Source: Tubiluchus corallicola | Taxonomy: Eukaryota > Animalia > Priapulida | NCBI GenBank assembly: GCA_030141605.1 | Contig: JAQGDQ010000023.1 | Span: 124,001 to 188,000, forward strand | Length of the DNA: 64,000 nt | Direction: 5' to 3' | In this document: positions 55,101-64,000 of the stretch, piece after piece | How positions within the stretch are numbered: the stretch's first letter is position 1 | Layout of the letters: each line of letters begins with the position of its first letter | Notes under the pieces: generated by a model | Told to the model about the DNA's origin: nothing | What the model saw: only the letters and a program-made list of their open reading frames with translations | The model's database searches: none | Position numbers and translations under genes: made by a program

Positions 55101-58100
55101 ATTCATCAATGTTTATTTCACAGTTGATGCCTGTATAACCTGCCACACATGTGCAGTTATATGAGTTTACATCATCTAAGCATGTTGCACCATTTAAGCA
55201 TGGACTTGAGGCACATTCATCTACATTTATTTCACAGTTGACACCTGAATAACCAGCCAAACATGTGCAGTTATATGAGTTTACATCATCTAAGCATGTT
55301 GCACCATTTAAGCATGGACTTGAGGCACATTCGTCAATGTTTGTTTCACAGTTGATGCCTGTATAACCAGCCACACATGTGCAGTTATATGAGTTTACAT
55401 CATCTAAGCATGTTGCATCATTTAAACATGGACTTGAGGCACATTCATCAATGTTTATTTCACAGTTGATGCCTGTATAACCTGCCACACATGTGCAGTT
55501 ATATGAGTTTACATCATCTAAGCATGTTGCACCATTTAAGCATGGACTTGAGGCACATTCATCAATGTTTATTTCGCAGTTGAAACCTGTATAGCCAGCC
55601 ATACATGTGCAGTTATATGAGTTTACATCATCTAAGCATGTTGCACCATTTAAGCACAGACTTGAGGCACATTCATCTACATTTATTTCACAGTTGACAC
55701 CTGAATAACCAGCCAAACATGTGCAGTTATATGAGTTTACATCATCTAAGCATGTTGCACCATTTAAACATGGACTTGAGGCACATTCGTCAATGTTTAT
55801 TTCACAGATGATGCCAGTATAACCTGCCACACATGTGCAGCTATATAAGTTTACATTATCTAAGCACGTTGCATCATTTAAGCATGGACTTGAGGCGCAT
55901 TCATCTACATTTATTTCACAGTTGATGCCTGTATAACCGGCCACACATGTGCAGTTATATGAATTTACATCATCTAAGCATGTTGCACCATTTAGGCACG
56001 GACTTGAGGCACATTCATCAATGTTTGTTTCACAGTTGATGCCTGTATAACCTGTCACACATGTGCAATTATATGAGTTTACATCATCTAAGCATGTTGC
56101 ACCATTTAAGCATGGACTTGAGACACACTCATCTACATTTATTTCACAGTTGAAACCTGAATAGCCAGCCATGCATGTGCAGTTATATGAGTTTACATCA
56201 TCTAAGCATGTTGCACCATTTAAGCACGGACTTGAGGCACATTCATCTACATTTAATTCACAGTTGACACCTGAATAACCAGCCACACATGTGCAGTTAT
56301 ATGAGTTTACATCATCTAAGCATGTTGCATCATTTAAACATGGACTTGAGGCACATTCGTCAATGTTTATTTCACAGTTGATGCCTGTATAACCTGCCAC
56401 ACATGTGCAGTTATATAAGTTTACATTATCTAAGCACGTTGCATCATTTAAGCATGGACTTGAGGCACATTCATCTACATTTATTTCACAGTTGATGCCT
56501 GTATAACCGGCCACGCATGTGCAGTTATATGAGTTTACATCATCTAAGCATGTTGCACTATTTAAGCATGGACTTGAGGCACATTCATCCACATTTATTT
56601 CACAGTTGATGCTTGTATAACCTGTCACACATGTGCAGTTATATGAGTTAACATCATCTAAGCATGTTGCACCATTTAAGCATGGACTTGAGGCACATTC
56701 ATCAATGTTTATTTCACAGTTGTTGCCTGTATAACCTGCCACACATGTGCAGTTATATGAGTTTACATCATCTAAGCATGTTGCACCATTTAAGCATGGA
56801 CTTGAGGCACATTCATCTATATTTATTTCACAGTTGGCACCTGAATAACCAGCCACACATGTGCAGTTATATGAATGTACATCATCTAAGCATGTTGCAC
56901 CATTTAAGCATGGACTTGAGGCACATTCATCTACATTTATTTCACAGTTGACACCTGAATAACCAGCCAAACATGTGCAGTTATATGAGTTTATGTCATC
57001 TAAGCAAGTTGCACCATTTAAGCATGGACTTGAGGCACATTCATCAATGTTTATTTCGCAGTTGAAACCTGTATAGCCAGCCATACATGTGCAGTTATAT
57101 GAGTTTACATCATCTAAGCATGTTGCACCATTTAAGCACGGACTTGAGGCACATTCATCTACATTTATTTCACAGTTGACACCTGAATAACCAGCCACAC
57201 ATGTGCAGTTATATGAGTTTACATCATCTAAGCATGTTGCACCATTTAAGCACGGACTTGAGGCACATTCATCTACATTTATTTCACAGTTGACACCTGA
57301 ATAACCAGCCACACATGTGCAGTTATATGAGTTTACATCATCTAAGCATGTTGCACCATTTAAGCATGGACTTGAGGCACATTCATCAATGTTTATTTCA
57401 CAGTTGTTGCCTGTATAACCTGCCACACATGTGCAGTTATATGAGTTTACATCATCTAAGCATGTTGCACCATTTAAGCATGGACTTGAGGCACATTCAT
57501 CTACATTTATTTCACAGCTGACACCTGAATAACCAGCCACACATGTGCAGTTATATGAGTTTACATCATCTAAGCATGTTGCACCATTTAAGCATGGACT
57601 TGAGGCACATTCATCAATGTTTATTTCGCAGTTGAAACCTGTATAGCCAGCCATACATGTGCAGTTATATGAGTTTACATCATCTAAGCATGTTGCACCA
57701 TTTAAGCACGGACTTGAGGCACATTCATCTACATTTATTTCACAGTTGACACCTGAATAACCAGCCAAACATGTGCAGTTATATGAGTTTACATCATCTA
57801 AGCATGTTGCACCATTTAAGCATGGACTTGAGGCACATTCTTCAATGTTTGTTTCGCAGTTGATGCCTGTATAACCTGTCACACATGTGCAATTATATGA
57901 GTTTACACCATCTAAGCATGTTGCACCATTTAAGCATGGACTTGAGGCACATTCATCAATGTTTATTTCACAGTTGATGCCTGTATAACCTGCCACACAT
58001 GTGCAGTTATATGAGTTTACATCATCTAAGCATGTTGCACCATTTAAGCATGGACTTGAGGCACATTCGTCAATGTTTGTTTCACAGTTGATGCCTGTAT

Positions 58101-61100
58101 ACCCAGCCACACATGTGCAGTTATATGAGTTTACACCATCTAAGCATGTTGCACTATTTAAGCATGGACTTGAGGCACATTCATCCACATTTATTTCACA
58201 GTTGATGCCTGTATAACCAGCCACACATGTGCAGTTATATGAGTTTACATCATCTAAGCATGTTGCATCATTTAAACATGGACTTGAGGCACATTCGTCA
58301 ATGTTTATTTCACAGTTGATGCCTGTATAACCTGCCACACATGTGCAGCTATATAAGTTTACATTATCTAAGCACGTTGCATCATTTAAGCACGGACTTG
58401 AGGCACATTCATCTACATTTATTTCACAGTTGATGCCTGTATAACCGGCCACGCATGTGCAGTTATATGAGTTTACATCATCTAAGCATGTTGCACCATT
58501 TAAGCATGGACTTGAGGCACATTCGTCAATGTTTGTTTCACAGTTGATGCCTGTATAACCTGCCACACATGTGCAGTTATATGAGTTTACATCATCTAAG
58601 CATGTTGCACCATTTAAGCATGGACTTGAGGCACATTCATCAATGTTTGTTTCACAGTTGATGCCTGTATAACCTGCCACACATGTGCAGTTATATGAGT
58701 TTACATCATCTAAGCATGTTGCACCATTTAAGCATGGACTTGAGGCACATTCATCTACATTTATTTCACAGTTGATGCCTGTATAACCGGCCATGCATGT
58801 GCAGTTATATGAGTTTACATCATCTAAGCATGTTGCACCATTTAAGCACGGACTTGAGGCACATTCATCTACATTTATTTCACAGTTGACACCTGAATAA
58901 CCAGCCAAACATGTGCAGTTATATGAGTTTACATCATCTAAGCATGTTGCACCATTTAAGCACTGACTTGAGGCACATTCATCTACATTTATTTCACAGC
59001 TGACACCTGAATAACCAGCCACACATGTGCAGTTATATGAGTTTACATCATCTAAGCATGTTGCACCATTTAAGCACGGACTTGAGGCACATTCATCTAC
59101 ATTTATTTCACAGTTGACACCTGAATAACCAGCCAAACATGTGCAGTTATATGAGTTTACATCATCTAAGCATGTTGCATCATTTAAACATGGACTTGAG
59201 GCACATTCGTCAATGTTTATTTCACAGTTGATGCCTGTATAACCTGCCACACATGTGCAGCTATATAAGTTTACATCATCTAAGCATGTTGCATCATTTA
59301 AGCACGGACTTGAGGCACATTCATCTACATTTATTTCACAGTTGATGCCTGTATAACCGGCCACGCATGTGCAGTTATATGAGTTTACATCATCTAAGCA
59401 TGTTGCACCATTTAAGCATGGACTTGAGGCACATTCGTCAATGTTTATTTCACAGTTGATGCCTGTATAACCAGCCACACATGTGCAGTTATATGAGTTT
59501 ACATCATCTAAGCACGTTGCACTATTTAAGCATGGACTTGAGGCACATTCGTCAATGTTTATTTCACAGTTGATGCCTGTATAACCTGTCACACATGTGC
59601 AGTTATATGAGTTTACATCATCTAAGCATGTTGCACCATTTAAGCATGGACTTGAGGCGCATTCATCTACATTTATTTCACAGTTGATGCCTGTATAACC
59701 TGCCACACATGCGCAGTTATATGAGTTTACATCATCTAAGCATGTTGCACCATTTAAGCATGGACCTGAGGCACATTCATCAATGTTTATTTCACAGTTG
59801 ATGCCTGTATAACCTGCCACACATGTGCAGTTATATGAGTTTACATCATCTAAGCATGTTGCACCATTTAAGCACGGACTTGAGGCACATTCATCTACAT
59901 TTATTTCACAGTTGACACCTGAATAACCAGCCAAACATGTGCAGTTATATGAGTTTACATCATCTAAGCATGTTGCACCATTTAAGCATGGACTTGAGGC
60001 ACATTCATCAATGTTTATTTCACAGTTGATACCTGTATAACCAGCCACACATGTGCAGTTATATGAGTTTACATCATCTAAGCATGTTGCATCATTTAAA
60101 CATGGACTTAGGCACATTCCGTCAATGTTTATTTCACAGTTGATGCCTGTATAACCTGCCACATGTGCAGTTATATGAGTTTACATCATCTAAGCATGTT
60201 GCATCATTTAAGCATGGACTTACACATTCATCTACATTTATTCACAGTTGATGCCTGTATAACCGGCCACACATGTGCAGTTATATGAGTTTACATCATC
60301 TAAGCATGTTGCACTATTTAAGCATGGACTTGAGGCACATTCATCCACATTTATTTCACAGTTGATGCTTGTATAACCTGTCACACATGTGCAGTTATAT
60401 GAGTTTACATCATCTAAGCATGTTGCACCATTTAAGCATGGACTTGAGGCACATTCATCAATGTTTATTTCGCAGTTGAAACCTGTATAGCCAGCCATAC
60501 ATGTGCAGTTATATGAGTTTACATCATCTAAGCATGTTGCACCATTTAAGCACGGACTTGAGGCACATTCGTCTACATTTAATTCACAGTTGACACCTGA
60601 ATAACCAGCCAAACATGAGCAGTTATATGAGTTTACATCATCTAAGCATGTTGCACCATTTAAGCACGGACTTGAGGCACATTCATCTACATTTATTTCA
60701 CAGTTGATGCCTGTATAACCGGCCATGCATGTGCAGTTATATGAGTTTACACCATCTAAGCATGTTGCACTATTTAAGCATGGACTTGAGGCACATTCAT
60801 CCACATTTATTTCACAGTTGATGCTTGTATAACCTGTCACACATGTGCAGTTATATGAGTTAACATTATCTAAGCATGTTGCACCATTTAAGCATGGACT
60901 GGAGGCACATTCATCAATGTTTATTTCGCAGTTGAAACCTGTATAGCCAGCCATACATGTGCAGTTATATGAGTTTACATCATCTAAGCATGTTGCACCA
61001 TTTAAGCATGGACTTGAGGCACATTCATCAATGTTTATTTCGCAGTTGAAACCTGTATAGCCAGCCATACATGTGCAGTTATATGAGTTTACATCATCTA

Positions 61101-62355
61101 AGCATGTTGCACCATTTAAGCACTGACTTGAAGCACATTCATCTACATTTATTTCACAGTTGACACCTGAATAACCAGCCAAACATGTGCAGTTATATGA
61201 GTTTACATCATCTAAGCATGTTGCACCATTTAAACATGGACTTGAGGCACATTCATCAATGTTCGTTTCACAGTTGATGCCTGTATAACCGGCCACACAT
61301 GTGCAGTTATATGAATTTACATCATCTAAGCATGTTGCACCATTTAGGCATGGACTTGAGGCACATTCATCAATGTTCGTTTCACAGTTGATACCTGTAT
61401 AACCTGTCACACATATGCAGTTATATGAGTTTACATCATCTAAGCATGTTGCACCACTTAAACATGGACTTGAAGCACACTCATCTGTGTTTGTTTGGCA
61501 CCTAGTTCCCTCGTAACCAGAAAAACAAGTACAAGCATAGTAACCAAACCCATTAGTACAATCCCCATGAAGGCAAGGATTTGAATTACACTCATCGAGT
61601 GAATCTGTTTCGCACCACTGTCCAGTGACACCTGCTAGACAGGCACATATAAATGAACCAGGAATGTTGGTACATGTTCCATTATGTAAACATGGTTCCC
61701 ATACACACTCATTGAAATCTGTTTCACAATAGAAGCCTGTAAAACCCAGTTCACACTGGCACAAATAGACGCCTAAAAAATTGTTTGGATTTGTCCCGCA
61801 TGTACCATTTTGGCACATGTTATTGATACATGGATCCCCTCTTACAGATGGTACAGAAGTGACCCAAAATTCAAATCCTGTATGGCTGGTGTGTACACCA
61901 TCTGTCTGAAATCTTGTGTGAATATAGCCAACCGCTTTGTCCTTTGTTACATACCTCGTAAAAGGTGTTCCATAATGCTCACAAACCTGTTCATCCCACA
62001 CAACTGGATCACCATGTCCTATCTCAATATATTCATTAGGGCAGGCAAGATCTAACTTTATAAATCGAAGCAGGTAAAGGTTATACTTTGGTCCTGTATC
62101 ATTAGGGTATGAAAATCTGATGTAATTAAAACAGTTATGAGCAGGTACATTTTCGTAATTGCCAGGGGGTGAAGATATGACTGTTGCACCTAATTCTGTT
62201 GTCAGAATATTATCGGATTTATTATTTTTAAATACTGTCGAGCACATTTTCTGAAGAGGATAATATGGCCACGATAATGCATATATTACATTTACTGGAG
62301 AGTAGCACAAAAGTAAGTTAAACAGTAATCCAAAGTATTTATGTTGACTTAACAT
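40126..62355 (-). CDS. Giant single-exon type I membrane protein: SP-CUB-(cbEGF)~94-[TY/WAP/antistasin-like]x9-TM, ~7,400 aa
   Basis: ORFs 60238-62355 and 40126-60162 are in the same frame and joined by continuous EGF repeat sequence with compensating indels; signal peptide [26 protein letters not shown]; domains recognised from Cys spacing and motifs; terminal TM with basic stop-transfer residues. Confidence 0.92.
40174..40230 (-). other. Transmembrane helix followed by a 15-aa cytoplasmic tail
   Basis: [36 protein letters not shown]. Confidence 0.8.
40315..51000 (-). repeat. Nine protein super-repeats of TY-(WAP)6-antistasin-like-6Cys-WAP (six full, three shortened)
   Basis: TY: C.IEQ...P.C...G.Y...Q....WCV...G..IPGTK; WAP: KPGxCP..C..C..DxDC...KCC...CGxVC; antistasin-like: C...C.(Y/F/H)GY.....LCPTC.CKPSPC. 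Confidence 0.9.
51079..61836 (-). repeat. Tandem array of ~94 calcium-binding EGF repeats (114 bp / 38 aa)
   Basis: Consensus [38 protein letters not shown]; count is span divided by 114. Confidence 0.97.
53292..53327. other. Assembly gap (36 N) inside the EGF array
   Basis: Directly visible. Confidence 1.
61850..62245 (-). other. Divergent CUB domain
   Basis: C...ISSPPGNY...[28 protein letters not shown]...TGF motifs with four Cys. Confidence 0.75.
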
Positions 62356-62829
62356 TGCAAAATAACTTGTTTATCATAATAATGTAGCATCTTTACATAC
62401 AAGTCATTTACAAAAATTCTTCTTTTCCTTCTTCTATGGTAAGCTGGCATTGGAAGCATTATACGTTTAAGCACTCAGTAACTGTTAATGATTCTACAAA
62501 ATAATGACTGAAATGTAATGAAATAGTAAATTCATGAAAACAGTTCAGGCAAAAAGATTGTTAATATATTTTTCGTTTTCTAAACAATTTGACAGGTTGC
62601 ATGTCAGTGTTCAGCACTTACTATTGCTTAACTTATTTTCATGGATATTGCATGACTGGATTGCCCTTAATTTAGCTTATTGTCCCAATAATCTTCTAAG
62701 ATGACATGTGCTGAATCAGCAGTGGTACCCAAATGTCTTAACCACATTTTGGCATAAATAATCTTCCCTCTATGCCTGGAGGCAGTATTACAAACAAACA
62801 CCAAAGTAATTTTCCGGTGGTCACATATC

Positions 62830-62985
62830 CAGGATTTGCATAACCTGAAATACATACATGTGCAATTACAGGAAAGTGTGACATCGAAACATACATGTTG
62901 CACCATGTAAACAGGGACTTGGAGCTCATTCATCAATGTTCTTTTCATAGCAGATGCCTTTATAACCTGCAATACATGTGAATCA
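62830..62985 (-). pseudogene. Decayed EGF-repeat coding remnant upstream of the giant gene
   Basis: Reads FTCIAGYKGICYEKNIDE*APSPCLHGATC, then frameshifted CNCTC and CISGYA. Confidence 0.75.
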
Positions 62986-64000
62986 AAATCAGCTAAACTA
63001 AACTGATTTAGGGTTTTAACCACATTTAACCATATAAATCTTCCTTAGGGGGAGTTTGCAAATGAACTCAGAAGCGATTTTGGTGGCTACTGTCTATTTA
63101 TCAACCTGGCCAGGCTTTTGCTGACATTGATTGCTTAATTCCCAAACACTGTGACCACTCAGCTGTTATATATAATGTCTCTATTTGTAATTTCTACACA
63201 TCCATTTACTTAATAGTTAGTTAAGTTAAATAAGCAATAACACTATTTACATGTATGTATACATACAAAATAGCCACCGGTAGTGCAGAGATTTCACACA
63301 ATACTTATATTATATGTAGAAACTAAATGATGGGTAATAGATATCAAAAATTTTCATTTGTTTACTGTTTAGACCCAGATGTCATGAATACCTTTCATCC
63401 AATATAAATTGCTCCTTAGTTGCACTAGAATATACCATATTCTCTTGCTTTAAATTACAAATTTTATTAAATTATAAATATGATGTTTCATGTAAACAAG
63501 TAAGATAAATTTCTTAACAGAAAAAATATCTAAACTATTGACATTTGATAGTACACTCATTAAATCCAGGTTCATTTGGCAGATGGACAGGTGCATTTAC
63601 CACCTAAGCACCTGTTCCCTAGTTATAATCAGCATGAGGAATGCGGGAAATATTCTGGCTAGTTCTCACTTAAACTTTACGTTTTAACTTTTTACACTTC
63701 TCAGTCGATTTCTCAACAACAACAACATCTGCAATATGGTTTGATTGATCCAGATTTGAACCCTGGATCTCTTTGCCAACAATATATTAAATTTTGAGAA
63801 ATCTGTTCCTATAGTAAAACCAGTCACTTTCTTAATACATATAAAATGACACTATAAATTACTTAAAATAAAGACATAATGTTAAATTTTTAAATTTTAT
63901 ATAGCAAGAACAATATCCATTTCATACTAAATGAACTATATATTTTTTTCTGAAGATGACTGCTAGTATGCAGTGAAAAGGTCGATTATTTTAATAAAAA

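Noticed and set aside
51079-61836. Calling the gene Notch, Crumbs or fibropellin
   Set aside because: EGF type is similar, but LNR/ankyrin, laminin-G and avidin domains are absent
40235-62055. Many short ORFs overlapping the giant CDS
   Set aside because: Antisense or off-frame shadows of the repetitive coding sequence

Overview
AT-rich animal (invertebrate) genomic DNA with spliceosomal exons, LINE/SINE/DNA-transposon debris and many simple repeats; not prokaryotic. The dominant feature is an apparently intronless ~22.2 kb coding region on the minus strand (62355->40126, ~7,400 aa as assembled). It encodes a type I membrane protein: signal peptide, one divergent CUB domain, ~94 calcium-binding EGF repeats (most nearly identical at DNA level, 114 bp unit), nine super-repeats built from thyroglobulin type-1, WAP, antistasin-like and a small 6-Cys module (9 TY, ~45 WAP, 9 antistasin-like by hand count), a TM helix and a 15-aa tail. 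The break between the two ORF-track pieces (60109-60241) is a cluster of compensating indels, and a 36-N gap lies in the EGF array, so true length is uncertain. A decayed EGF-coding remnant lies just upstream. The left end carries two small coding exons (7097-7182, 3169-3258, minus) that splice in frame into a signal peptide plus helical pro-region resembling a calcitonin/DH31-type neuropeptide precursor; its mature-peptide exon appears to lie outside the window. The rest is repeat-rich non-coding DNA with several small elements whose TIRs and target-site duplications are intact.
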